Origin: Auanema rhodensis
Lineage: Eukaryota; Animalia; Nematoda
Length of the DNA stretch: 64,000 bases
Direction: 5' to 3'
Assembly (NCBI GenBank): GCA_964057225.1
Contig: OZ059894.1
Location: forward strand, 13,020,001-13,084,000
In this document: in pieces, positions 41,298-56,600 of the stretch
How positions within the stretch are numbered: the first letter of the stretch is position 1
How the letters are laid out: each line of letters begins with the position of its first letter
The notes under the pieces: model-generated
Database searches by the model: none
Told to the model about the DNA's origin: nothing
The model's input: the letters and a program-made list of their open reading frames with translations, nothing else
Translations under genes and position numbers: made by a program

Positions 41298-44200
41298 TAA
41301 GAAAATAAAACATGGAAATATTTTATAATTTTCCAATTCATTTTACTCCATTTTCTTCATTTAATCACGTATTTTGAAACAATCTCAAATTTTTACAATA
41401 GTTTTGAAACAATTCATTCGTTCTGTAAGATTTTAAACAGTGAAAAAAAAAAGTTTAAATATTTTGATACTCAAGAAATAAAACATGAAAATATTTTATA
41501 ATTTTCCAATTCATTTTGCTCCATTTTCTTCATTTAATCACGTATTTTGAAACAATCTCATATTTTTACAATAATTTCCAAACAAATCATCCAGTTAATA
41601 ATGTTTTTAACAGTAAAAAAGATATAATTTTGAATATTTTGATACTCAAGAAATAAAAAATGAAAATATTTTATAATTTTCCAATTCATTTTACTCCATT
41701 TTCTTCATTTAATCACGTATTTTGAAACAATCTCATATTTTTACAATAGTTTTGAAACAATTCATTCGTTCATTAAGATTTGAAACATTAAAAACGATCT
41801 TAATTTGAATTTTCTGATACTAAGAAAATAAAACATGGAAATATTTTATAATTTTCCAATTCATTTTATTCCATTTTCTTCATTTAATCACGTATTTTGA
41901 AACAATCTCAAATTTTTACAATAGTTTTGAAACAATTCATTCGTTCATTAAGATTTTAAACAGTGAAAAAAAAAGTTTGAATATTTTGATACTCAAGAAA
42001 TAAAACATGAAAATATTTTATAATTTTCCAATTCATTTTACTCTATTTTCTTCATTTAATCATGTTTCTTGGAACATTTTTAAATTTTTACAATAATTTT
42101 GAAACAAATCATTCATTCAATAATGTTTTTAACAGTAAAGAAGATATAATTTCAAATATTTTGATACTCAAAAAATAAAACATGAAAATATTTTAAAATT
42201 TTCCAATTCATTTTACTCTATTTTCTTCATTTAATCATGTTTCTTGGAACAATTTTAAATTTTACAATAATTTCGAAACAAATCATCCAGTTAATAATGT
42301 TTTTAACAGTAAAGTAGATATAATTTTAATTATTTTGATACTCAAAAAATAAAACATGAAAATATTTTATAATTTTCCAATTCATTTTACTCTATTTTCT
42401 TCATTTAATCACGTATTTTGAAACAATCTCAAATTTTTACAATAGTTTTGAAACAATTCATTCGTTCATTAAGATTTTAAACAGTGAAAAAAAAAAGTTT
42501 GAATATTTTGAAACTCAAGAAATAAAACATGAAAATATTTTATAATTTTCCAATTCATTTTACTCCATTTTCTTCATTTAATCACGTATTTTGAAACAAT
42601 CTCATATTTTTACAATAGTTTTGAAACAATTCATTCGTTCATTGAGATTTGAAACATTAAAAACGATCTTAATTTGAATTTTCTGATACTAAAAAAATAA
42701 AACATGGAAATATTTTATAATTTTCCAATTCATTTTACTCCATTTTCTTCATTTAATCACGTATTTTGAAACAATCTCATATTTTTACAATAATTTCCAA
42801 ACAAATCATCCAGTTAATAATGTTTTTAACAGTAAAAAAGATATAATTCTGAATATTTCGATACTCAAGAAATAAAAAATGAAAATATTTTATAATTTTC
42901 CAATTCATTTTACTCCATTTTCTTCATTTAATCACGTATTTTGAAACAATCTCATATTTTTACAATAGTTTTGAAACAATTCATTCGTTCATTAAGATTT
43001 GAAACATTAAAAACGATCTTAATTTGAATTTTCTGATACTAAGAAAATAAAACATGGAAATATTTTATAATTTTCCAATTCATTTTACTCCATTTTCTTC
43101 ATTTAATCATGTTTCTTGGAACAATTTTAAATTTTTACAATAATTTTGAAACAAATCATTCATTTAATTATGTTTTTAACAGTAAAGAAGATATAATTTC
43201 AAATATTTTGATACTCAAAAAATGAAACATGAAAATATTTTAAAATTTTCCAATTCATTTTACTCTATTTTCTTCATTTAATCATGTTTCTTGGAACAAT
43301 TTTAAATTTTACAATAATTTCGAAACAAATCATCCAGTTAATAATGTTTTTAACAGTAAAGTAGATATAATTTTAATTATTTTGATACTCAAAAAATAAA
43401 ACATGAAAATATTTTATAATTTTCCAATTCATTTTACTCTATTTTCTTCATTTAATCACGTATTTTGAAACAATCTCAAATTTTTACAATAGTTTTGAAA
43501 CAATTCATTCGTTCTGTAAGATTTTAAACAGTGAAAAAAAAAAGTTTAAATATTTTGATACTCAAGAAATAAAACATGAAAATATTTTATAATTTTCCAA
43601 TTCATTTTGCTCCATTTTCTTCATTTAATCACGTATTTTGAAACAATCTCATATTTTTACAATAGTTTTGAAACAATTCATTCGTTCATTGAGATTTGAA
43701 ACATTAAAAACGATCTTAATTTGAATTTTCTGATACTAAAAAAATAAAACATGGAAATATTTTATAATTTTCCAATTCATTTTACTCCATTTTCTTCATT
43801 TAATCACGTATTTTGAAACAATCTCAAATTTTTACAATAGTTTTGAAACAATTCATTCGTTCATTAAGATTTTGAACAGTGAAAAAAAAAAGTTGAAAAA
43901 AAAAGAAAAAAAAAAAATAAAACATGGAAATATTTTATAATTTTCCAATTCATTTTACTCTATTTTCTTCATTTAATCACGTATTTTGAAACAATCTCAT
44001 ATTTTTACAATAGTTTTGAAACAATTAATTCGTTCATTAAGATTTGAAACATTAAAAACGATCTTAATTTGAATTTTCTGATAATAAGAAAATAAAACAT
44101 GGAAATATTTTATAATTTTCCAATTCATTTTACTCCATTTTCTTCATTTAATCACGTATTTTGAAACAATCTCAAATTTTTACAATAGTTTTGAAACAAT

Positions 44201-47091
44201 TCATTCGTTCTGTAAGATTTTAAACAGTGAAAAAAAAAAGTTTAAATATTTTGATACTCAAGAAATAAAACATGAAAATATTTTATAATTTTCCAATTCA
44301 TTTTGCTCCATTTTCTTCATTTAATCACGTATTTTGAAACAATCTCATATTTTTACAATAATTTCCAAACAAATCATCCAGTTAATAATGTTTTTAACAG
44401 TAAAAAAGATATAATTTTGAATATTTTGATACTCAAGAAATAAAAAATGAAAATATTTTATAATTTTCCAATTCATTTTACTCCATTTTCTTCATTTAAT
44501 CACGTATTTTGAAACAATCTCATATTTTTACAATAGTTTTGAAACAATTCATTCGTTCATTAAGATTTGAAACATTAAAAACGATCTTAATTTGAATTTT
44601 CTGATACTAAGAAAATAAAACATGGAAATATTTTATAATTTTCCAATTCATTTTATTCCATTTTCTTCATTTAATCACGTATTTTGAAACAATCTCAAAT
44701 TTTTACAATAGTTTTGAAACAATTCATTCGTTCATTAAGATTTTAAACAGTGAAAAAAAAAGTTTGAATATTTTGATACTCAAGAAATAAAACATGAAAA
44801 TATTTTATAATTTTCCAATTCATTTTACTCTATTTTCTTCATTTAATCATGTTTCTTGGAACATTTTTAAATTTTTACAATAATTTTGAAACAAATCATT
44901 CATTCAATAATGTTTTTAACAGTAAAGAAGATATAATTTCAAATATTTTGATACTCAAAAAATAAAACATGAAAATATTTTAAAATTTTCCAATTCATTT
45001 TACTCTATTTTCTTCATTTAATCATGTTTCTTGGAACAATTTTAAATTTTACAATAATTTCGAAACAAATCATCCAGTTAATAATGTTTTTAACAGTAAA
45101 GTAGATATAATTTTAATTATTTTGATACTCAAAAAATAAAACATGAAAATATTTTATAATTTTCCAATTCATTTTACTCTATTTTCTTCATTTAATCACG
45201 TATTTTGAAACAATCTCAAATTTTTACAATAGTTTTGAAACAATTCATTCGTTCATTAAGATTTTAAACAGTGAAAAAAAAAAGTTTGAATATTTTGAAA
45301 CTCAAGAAATAAAACATGAAAATATTTTATAATTTTCCAATTCATTTTACTCCATTTTCTTCATTTAATCACGTATTTTGAAACAATCTCATATTTTTAC
45401 AATAGTTTTGAAACAATTCATTCGTTCATTGAGATTTGAAACATTAAAAACGATCTTAATTTGAATTTTCTGATACTAAAAAAATAAAACATGGAAATAT
45501 TTTATAATTTTCCAATTCATTTTACTCCATTTTCTTCATTTAATCACGTATTTTGAAACAATCTCATATTTTTACAATAATTTCCAAACAAATCATCCAG
45601 TTAATAATGTTTTTAACAGTAAAAAAGATATAATTCTGAATATTTCGATACTCAAGAAATAAAAAATGAAAATATTTTATAATTTTCCAATTCATTTTAC
45701 TCCATTTTCTTCATTTAATCACGTATTTTGAAACAATCTCATATTTTTACAATAGTTTTGAAACAATTCATTCGTTCATTAAGATTTGAAACATTAAAAA
45801 CGATCTTAATTTGAATTTTCTGATACTAAGAAAATAAAACATGGAAATATTTTATAATTTTCCAATTCATTTTACTCCATTTTCTTCATTTAATCATGTT
45901 TCTTGGAACAATTTTAAATTTTTACAATAATTTTGAAACAAATCATTCATTTAATTATGTTTTTAACAGTAAAGAAGATATAATTTCAAATATTTTGATA
46001 CTCAAAAAATGAAACATGAAAATATTTTAAAATTTTCCAATTCATTTTACTCTATTTTCTTCATTTAATCATGTTTCTTGGAACAATTTTAAATTTTACA
46101 ATAATTTCGAAACAAATCATCCAGTTAATAATGTTTTTAACAGTAAAGTAGATATAATTTTAATTATTTTGATACTCAAAAAATAAAACATGAAAATATT
46201 TTATAATTTTCCAATTCATTTTACTCTATTTTCTTCATTTAATCACGTATTTTGAAACAATCTCAAATTTTTACAATAGTTTTGAAACAATTCATTCGTT
46301 CTGTAAGATTTTAAACAGTGAAAAAAAAAAGTTTAAATATTTTGATACTCAAGAAATAAAACATGAAAATATTTTATAATTTTCCAATTCATTTTGCTCC
46401 ATTTTCTTCATTTAATCACGTATTTTGAAACAATCTCATATTTTTACAATAGTTTTGAAACAATTCATTCGTTCATTGAGATTTGAAACATTAAAAACGA
46501 TCTTAATTTGAATTTTCTGATACTAAAAAAATAAAACATGGAAATATTTTATAATTTTCCAATTCATTTTACTCCATTTTCTTCATTTAATCACGTATTT
46601 TGAAACAATCTCAAATTTTTACAATAGTTTTGAAACAATTCATTCGTTCATTAAGATTTTGAACAGTGAAAAAAAAAAGTTGAAAAAAAAAGAAAAAAAA
46701 AAAATAAAACATGGAAATATTTTATAATTTTCCAATTCATTTTACTCTATTTTCTTCATTTAATCACGTATTTTGAAACAATCTCATATTTTTACAATAG
46801 TTTTGAAACAATTAATTCGTTCATTAAGATTTGAAACATTAAAAACGATCTTAATTTGAATTTTCTGATAATAAGAAAATAAAACATGGAAATATTTTAT
46901 AATTTTCCAATTCATTTTACTCCATTTTCTTCATTTAATCACGTATTTTGAAACAATCTCAAATTTTTACAATAGTTTTGAAACAATTCATTCGTTCTGT
47001 AAGATTTTAAACAGTGAAAAAAAAAAGTTTAAATATTTTGATACTCAAGAAATAAAACATGAAAATATTTTATAATTTTCCAATTCATTTT
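41298..47091 (-). repeat. Second tandem duplication of a 16-monomer unit (2787 bp, about 2.1 units)
   Basis: ggaacaTttt (42071/44858), ataattCtg (42849/45636) and the poly-A monomer (43881/46668) repeat at 2787. Confidence 0.9.
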
Positions 47092-47649
47092 ACTCCATTT
47101 TCTTCATTTAATCACGTATTTTGAAACAATCTCATAATTTTACAATAGTTTTGAAACAATTCATTCGTTCATTGAGATTTGAAACATTAAAAACGATCTT
47201 AATTTGAATTTTCTGATACTAAAAAAATAAAACATGGAAATATTTTATAATTTTCCAATTCATTTTACTCCATTTTCTTCATTTAATCACGTATTTTGAA
47301 ACAATCTCATAGTTTTACAATAGTTTTGAAACAATTCATTCGTTCATTAAGATTTTAAACAGTGAAAAAAAAAAGTTTGAATATTTTGAAACTCAAGAAA
47401 TAAAACATGAAAATATTTTATAATTTTCCAATTCATTTTACTCCATTTTCTTTATTTAATCACTTATTTTGAAACAATCTCATATTTTTACAATAGTTTT
47501 GAAACAATTCATTCGTTCATTAAGATTTTAAACAGTGAAAAAAAAAAGTTTGAATATTTTGATACTCAAGAAATAAAACATGAAAATATTTTATAATATT
47601 CCAATTCATTTTACTCTATTTTCTTCATTTAATCACGTATTTTGAAACA

Positions 47650-50600
47650 ATCTCATATTTTTACAATAGTTTTGAAACAATTCATTCGTTCATTAAGATT
47701 TTAAACAGTGAAAAAAAAAAGTTTGAATATTTTGAAACTCAAGAAATAAAACAGGAAAATATTTTATAATTTTCCAATTCATTTTACTCCATTTTCTTCA
47801 TTTAATCACGTATTTTGAAACAATCTCATATTTTTGCAATAATTTCGAAACAAATCATCCAGTTAATAATGTTTTTAACAGTAAAAAAGATATAATTTTG
47901 AATATTTTGATACTCAAGAAATAAAACATGGAAATATTTTATAATTTTCCAATTCATTTTATTCCATTTTCTTCATTTAATCACGTATTTTGAAACAATC
48001 TCAAATTTTTACAATAGTTTTGAAACAATTCATTCGTTCATTAAGATTTTAAACAGTGAAAAAAAAAGTTTGAATATTTTGATACTCAAGAAATAAAACA
48101 TGAAAATATTTTATAATTTTCCAATTCATTTTACTCTATTTTCTTCATTTAATCATGTTTCTTGGAACAATTTTAAATTTTACAATAATTTCGAAACAAA
48201 TCATCCAGTTAATAATGTTTTTAACAGTAAAGTAGATATAATTTTAATTATTTTGATACTCAAAAAATAAAACATGAAAATATTTTATAATTTTTTTAAT
48301 TCATTTTACTCTATTTTCTTCATTTAATCATGTTTCTTGGAACAATTTTAAATTTTTACAATAATTTCGAAACAAATCATCCAGTTAATAATGTTTTTAA
48401 CAGTAAAGAAGTTATAATTTCAAATATTTTGATACTCAAAAAATAAAACATGAAAATATTTTATGATTTTCCAATTCATTTTACTCTATTTTCTTCATTT
48501 AATCACGTATTTTGAAACAATCTCAAATTTTTACAATAGTTTTGAAACAATTCATTCGTTCATTAAGATTTTAAACAGTGAAAAAAAAAAGTTTGAATAT
48601 TTTGAAACTCAAGAAATAAAACATGAAAATATTTTATATTTTTCCAATTCATTTTACTCCATTTTCTTCATTTAATCACGTATTTTGAAACAATCTCATA
48701 TTTTTACAATAGTTTTGAAACAATTCATCCGTTCATTAAGATTTGAAACATTAAAAACGATCTTAATTTGAATTTTCTGATACTAAGAAAATAAAACATG
48801 GAAATATTTTATAATTTTCCAATTCATTTTACTCCATTTTCTTCATTTAATCACGTATTTTGAAACAATCTCAAATTTTTACAATAGTTTTGAAACAATT
48901 CATTCGTTCATTAAGATTTTAAACAGTGAAAAAAAAAAGTTTGAATATTTTGAAACTCAAGAAATAAAACAGGAAAATATTTTATAATTTTCCAATTCAT
49001 TTTACTCCATTTTCTTCATTTAATCACGTATTTTGAAACAATCTCATATTTTTACAATAATTTCCAAACAAATCATCCAGTTAATAATGTTTTCAACAGT
49101 AAAAAAGATATAATTTTGAATATTTTGATACTCAAGAAATAAAACATGAAAATATTTTATAATTTTCCAATTCATTTTACTCTATTTTCTTCATTTAATC
49201 ACGTATTTTGAAACAATCTCATATTTTTACAATAGTTTTGAAACAATTCATTCGTTCATTAAGATTTGAAACATTAAAAACGATCTTAATTTGAATTTTC
49301 TGATACTAAGAAAATAAAACATGGAAATATTTTATAATTTTCCAATTCATTTTATTCCATTTTCTTCATTTAATCACGTATTTTGAAACAATCTCAAATT
49401 TTTACAATAGTTTTGAAACAATTCATTCGTTCATTAAGATTTTAAACAGTGAAAAAAAAAGTTTGAATATTTTGATACTCAAAAAATAAAACATGAAAAT
49501 ATTTTAAAATTTTCCAATTCATTTTACTCTATTTTCTTCATTTAATCATGTTTCTTGGAACAATTTTAAATTTTTACAATAATTTCGAAACAAATCATCC
49601 AGTTAATAATGTTTTTAACAGTAAAGAAGTTATAATTTCAAATATTTTGATACTCAAAAAAAAAAACATGAAAATATTTTATAATTTTTCAATTCATTTT
49701 ACTCTATTCTCTTCATTAAATCACGTATTTTGAAACAATCTCAAATTTTTACAATAGTTTTGAAACAATTCATTCGTTCATTAAGATTTTAAACAGTGAA
49801 AAAAAAAAGTTTGAATATTTTGAAACTCAAGAAATAAAACATGAAAATATTTTATAATTTTCCAATTCATTTTACTCCATTTTCTTCATTTAATCACGTA
49901 TTTTGAAACAATCTCATATTTTTACAATAGTTTTGAAACAATTCATTCGTTCATTGAGATTTGAAACATTAAAAACGATCTTAATTTGAATTTTCTGATA
50001 CTAAGAAAATAAAACATGGAAATATTTTATAATTTTCCAATTCATTTTATTCCATTTTCTTCATTTAATCACGTATTTTGAAACAATCTCGAATTTTTAC
50101 AATAGTTTTGAAACAATTCATTCGTTCATTAAGATTTTAAACAGTGAAAAAAAAAGTTTGAATATTTTGATACTCAAAAAATAAAACATGAAAATATTTT
50201 AAAATTTTCCAATTCATTTTACTCTATTTTCTTCATTTAATCATGTTTCTTGGAACAATTTTAAATTTTACAATAATTTCGAAACAAATCATCCAGTTAA
50301 TAATGTTTTTAACAGTAAAGTAGATATAATTTTAATTATTTTGATACTCAAAAAATAAAACATGAAAATATTTTATAATTTTCCAATTCATTTTACTCTA
50401 TTTTCTTCATTTAATCATGTTTCTTGGAACAATTTTAAATTTTTACAATAATTTCGAAACAAATCATCCAGTTAATAATGTTTTTAACAGTAAAGAAGTT
50501 ATAATTTCAAATATTTTGATACTCAAAAAAAAAAACATGAAAATATTTTATAATTTTTCAATTCATTTTACTCTATTTTCTTCATTAAATCACGTATTTT

Positions 50601-53600
50601 GAAACAATCTCAAATTTTTACAATAGTTTTGAAACAATTCATTCGTTCATTAAGATTTTAAACAGTGAAAAAAAAAAGTTTGAATATTTTGAAACTCAAG
50701 AAATAAAACATGAAAATATTTTATAATTTTCCAATTCATTTTACTCCATTTTCTTCATTTAATCACGTATTTTGAAACAATCTCATATTTTTACAATAGT
50801 TTTGAAACAATTCATTCGTTCATTGAGATTTGAAACATTAAAAACGATCTTAAGTTGAATTTTCTGATACTAAAAAAATAAAACATGGAAATATTTTATA
50901 ATTTTCCAATTCATTTTACTCCATTTTCTACATTTAATCACGTATTTTGAAACAATCTCAAATTTTTACAATAGTTTTGAAACAATTCATTCGTTCATTA
51001 AGATTTTAAACAGTGAAAAAAAAAAGTTTGAATATTTTGAAACTCAAGAAATAAAACATGAAAATATTTTATAATTTTCCAATTCATTTTACTCCATTTC
51101 CTTCATTTAATCACGTATTTTGAAACAATCTCATATTTTTACAATAGTTTTGAAACAATTCATTCGTTCATTAAGATTTTAAACAGTGAAAAAAAAAAGT
51201 TTGAATATTTTGAAACTCAAGAAATAAAACATGAAAATATTTTATAATTTTCCAATTCATTTTACTCCATTTTCTTCATTTAATCACGTATTTTGAAACA
51301 ATCTCATATTTTTACAATAGTTTTGAAACAATTCATTCGTTCATTGAGATTTGAAACATTAAAAACGATCTTAAGTTGAATTTTCTGATACTAAAAAAAT
51401 AAAACATGGAAATATTTTATAATTTTCCAATTCATTTTACTCCATTTTCTTCATTTAATCACGTATTTTGAAACAATCTCATATTTTTACAATAGTTTTG
51501 AAACAATTCATTCGTTCATTAAGATTTTAAACAGTGAAAAAAAAAAGTTTGAATATTTTGAAACTCAAGAAATAAAACATGAAAATATTTTAAAATTTTC
51601 CAATTCATTTTACTCTATTTTCTTCATTTAATCATGTTTCTTGGAACAATTTTAAATTTTACAATAATTTCGAAACAAATCATCCAGTTAATAATGTTTT
51701 TAACAGTAAAGTAGATATAATTTTAATTATTTTGATACTCAAAAAATAAAACATGAAAATATTTTATAATTTTCCAATTCATTTTACTCTATTTTCTTCA
51801 TTTAATCACGTATTTTGAAACAATCTCAAATTTTTACAATAGTTTTGAAACAATTCATTCGTTCATTAAGATTTTAAACAGTGAAAAAAAAAAGTTTGAA
51901 TATTTTGAAACTCAAGAAATAAAACATGAAAATATTTTATAATTTTCCAATTCATTTTACTCCATTTTCTTCATTTAATCACGTATTTTGAAACAATCTC
52001 ATATTTTTACAATAGTTTTGAAACAATTCATTCGTTCATTGAGATTTGAAACATTAAAAACGATCTTAATTTGAATTTTCTGATACTAAAAAAATAAAAC
52101 ATGGAAATATTTTATAATTTTCCAATTCATTTTACTCCATTTTCTTCATTTAATCACGTATTTTGAAACAATCTCAAATTTTTACAATAGTTTTGAAACA
52201 ATTCATTCGTTCTGTAAGATTTTAAACAGTGAAAAAAAAAAGTTTAAATATTTTGATACTCAAGAAATAAAACATGAAAATATTTTATAATTTTCCAATT
52301 CATTTTACTCCATTTTCTTCATTTAATCACGTATTTTGAAACAATCTCATATTTTTACAATAGTTTTGAAACAATTCATTCGTTCATTAAGATTTTAAAC
52401 AGTGAAAAAAAAAAGTTTGAATATTTTGAAACTCAAGAAATAAAACATGAAAATATTTTATAATTTTCCAATTCATTTTACTCCATTTTCTTCATTTAAT
52501 CACGTATTTTGAAACAATCTCATATTTTTACAATAGTTTTGAAACAATTCATTCGTTCATTAAGATTTTAAACAGTGAAAAAAAAAAGTTTGAATATTTT
52601 GATACTCAAGAAATAAAACATGAAAATATTTTATAATATTCCAATTCATTTTACTCTATTTTCTTCATTTAATCACGTATTTTGAAACAATCTCATATTT
52701 TTACAATAGTTTTGAAACAATTCATTCGTTCATTAAGATTTTAAACAGTGAAAAAAAAAAGTTTGAATATTTTGAAACTCAAGAAATAAAACAGGAAAAT
52801 ATTTTATAATTTTCCAATTCATTTTACTCCATTTTCTTCATTTAATCACGTATTTTGAAACAATCTCATATTTTTGCAATAATTTCGAAACAAATCATCC
52901 AGTTAATAATGTTTTTAACAGTAAAAAAGATATAATTTTGAATATTTTGATACTCAAGAAATAAAACATGGAAATATTTTATAATTTTCCAATTCATTTT
53001 ATTCCATTTTCTTCATTTAATCACGTATTTTGAAACAATCTCAAATTTTTACAATAGTTTTGAAACAATTCATTCGTTCATTAAGATTTTAAACAGTGAA
53101 AAAAAAAGTTTGAATATTTTGATACTCAAGAAATAAAACATGAAAATATTTTATAATTTTCCAATTCATTTTACTCTATTTTCTTCATTTAATCATGTTT
53201 CTTGGAACAATTTTAAATTTTTACAATAATTTCGAAACAAATCATTCATTTAATAATGTTTTTAACAGTAAAGAAGATATAATTTTAAATATTTTGATAC
53301 TCAAAAAATAAAACATGAAAATTTTTTTTAAAATTTTCCAATTCATTTTACTCTATTTTCTTCATTTAATCATGTTTCTTGGAACAATTTTAAATTTTAC
53401 AATAATTTCGAAACAAATCATCCAGTTAATAATGTTTTTAACAGTAAAGTAGATATAATTTTAATTATTTTGATACTCAAAAAATAAAACATGAAAATAT
53501 TTTATAATTTTCCAATTCATTTTACTCTATTTTCTTCATTTAATCATGTTTCTTGGAACAATTTTAAATTTTTACAATAATTTCGAAACAAATCATCCAG

Positions 53601-56600
53601 TTAATAATGTTTTTAACAGTAAAGAAGTTATAATTTCAAATATTTTGATACTCAAAAAATAAAACATGAGAATATTTTATGATTTTCCAATTCATTTTAC
53701 TCTATTTTCTTCATTTAATCACGTATTTTGAAACAATCTCAAATTTTTACAATAGTTTTGAAACAATTCATTCGTTCATTGAGATTTTAAACAGTGAAAA
53801 AAAAAAGTTTGAATATTTTGAAACTCAAGAAATAAAACATGAAAATATTTTATATTTTTCCAATTCATTTTACTCCATTTTCTTCATTTAATCACGTATT
53901 TTGAAACAATCTCATATTTTTACAATAGTTTTGAAACAATTCATTCGTTCATTAAGATTTGAAACATTAAAAACGATCTTAATTTGAATTTTCTGATACT
54001 AAGAAAATAAAACATGGAAATATTTTATAATTTTCCAATTCATTTTACTCCATTTTCTTCATTTAATCACGTATTTTGAAACAATCTCAAATTTTTACAA
54101 TAGTTTTGAAACAATTCATTCGTTCATTAAGATTTTAAACAGTGAAAAAAAAAAGTTTGAATATTTTGAAACTCAAGAAATAAAACATGAAAATATTTTA
54201 TATTTTTCCAATTCATTTTACTCCATTTTCTTCATTTAATCACGTATTTTGAAACAATCTCATATTTTTACAATAGTTTTGAAACAATTCATTCGTTCAT
54301 TAAGATTTGAAACATTAAAAACGATCTTAATTTGAATTTTCTGATACTAAGAAAATAAAACATGGAAATATTTTATAATTTTCCAATTCATTTTACTCCA
54401 TTTTCTTCATTTAATCACGTATTTTGAAACAATCTCAAATTTTTACAATAGTTTTGAAACAATTCATTCGTTCATTAAGATTTTAAACAGTGAAAAAAAA
54501 AAGTTTGAATATTTTGAAACTCAAGAAATAAAACAGGAAAATATTTTATAATTTTCCAATTCATTTTACTCCATTTTCTTCATTTAATCACGTATTTTGA
54601 AACAATCTCATATTTTTACAATAATTTCCAAACAAATCATCCAGTTAATAATGTTTTCAACAGTAAAAAAGATATAATTTTGAATATTTTGATACTCAAG
54701 AAATAAAACATGAAAATATTTTATAATTTTCCAATTCATTTTACTCTATTTTCTTCATTTAATCACGTATTTTGAAACAATCTCATATTTTTACAATAGT
54801 TTTGAAACAATTCATTCGTTCATTAAGATTTGAAACATTAAAAACGATCTTAATTTGAATTTTCTGATACTAAGAAAATAAAACATGGAAATATTTTATA
54901 ATTTTCCAATTCATTTTATTCCATTTTCTTCATTTAATCACGTATTTTGAAACAATCTCAAATTTTTACAATAGTTTTGAAACAATTCATTCGTTCATTA
55001 AGATTTTAAACAGTGAAAAAAAAAGTTTGAATATTTTGATACTCAAAAAATAAAACATGAAAATATTTTAAAATTTTCCAATTCATTTTACTCTATTTTC
55101 TTCATTTAATCATGTTTCTTGGAACAATTTTAAATTTTTACAATAATTTCGAAACAAATCATCCAGTTAATAATGTTTTTAACAGTAAAGAAGTTATAAT
55201 TTCAAATATTTTGATACTCAAAAAAAAAAACATGAAAATATTTTATAATTTTTCAATTCATTTTACTCTATTCTCTTCATTAAATCACGTATTTTGAAAC
55301 AATCTCAAATTTTTACAATAGTTTTGAAACAATTCATTCGTTCATTAAGATTTTAAACAGTGAAAAAAAAAAGTTTGAATATTTTGAAACTCAAGAAATA
55401 AAACATGAAAATATTTTATAATTTTCCAATTCATTTTACTCCATTTTCTTCATTTAATCACGTATTTTGAAACAATCTCATATTTTTACAATAGTTTTGA
55501 AACAATTCATTCGTTCATTGAGATTTGAAACATTAAAAACGATCTTAATTTGAATTTTCTGATACTAAGAAAATAAAACATGGAAATATTTTATAATTTT
55601 CCAATTCATTTTATTCCATTTTCTTCATTTAATCACGTATTTTGAAACAATCTCAAATTTTTACAATAGTTTTGAAACAATTCATTCGTTCATTAAGATT
55701 TTAAACAGTGAAAAAAAAAGTTTGAATATTTTGATACTCAAAAAATAAAACATGAAAATATTTTAAAATTTTCCAATTCATTTTACTCTATTTTCTTCAT
55801 TTAATCATGTTTCTTGGAACAATTTTAAATTTTACAATAATTTCGAAACAAATCATCCAGTTAATAATGTTTTTAACAGTAAAGTAGATATAATTTTAAT
55901 TATTTTGATACTCAAAAAATAAAACATGAAAATATTTTATAATTTTCCAATTCATTTTACTCTATTTTCTTCATTTAATCATGTTTCTTGGAACAATTTT
56001 AAATTTTTACAATAATTTCGAAACAAATCATCCAGTTAATAATGTTTTTAACAGTAAAGAAGTTATAATTTCAAATATTTTGATACTCAAAAAAAAAAAC
56101 ATGAAAATATTTTATAATTTTTCAATTCATTTTACTCTATTTTCTTCATTAAATCACGTATTTTGAAACAATCTCAAATTTTTACAATAGTTTTGAAACA
56201 ATTCATTCGTTCATTAAGATTTTAAACAGTGAAAAAAAAAAGTTTGAATATTTTGAAACTCAAGAAATAAAACATGAAAATATTTTATAATTTTCCAATT
56301 CATTTTACTCCATTTTCTTCATTTAATCACGTATTTTGAAACAATCTCATATTTTTACAATAGTTTTGAAACAATTCATTCGTTCATTGAGATTTGAAAC
56401 ATTAAAAACGATCTTAATTTGAATTTTCTGATACTAAGAAAATAAAACATGGAAATATTTTATAATTTTCCAATTCATTTTATTCCATTTTCTTCATTTA
56501 ATCACGTATTTTGAAACAATCTCAAATTTTTACAATAGTTTTGAAACAATTCATTCGTTCATTAAGATTTTAAACAGTGAAAAAAAAAGTTTGAATATTT

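Larger units (their letters stand above)
24150..42260 (-). repeat. Dispersed duplication of about 4.5 kb, about 24150-28690 and 37720-42260 (offset 13570)
   Basis: gaaTTaatctc (25543/39113), ataattCtg (26840/40410) and ggaacaTttt (28501/42071) share the offset. Confidence 0.85.
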
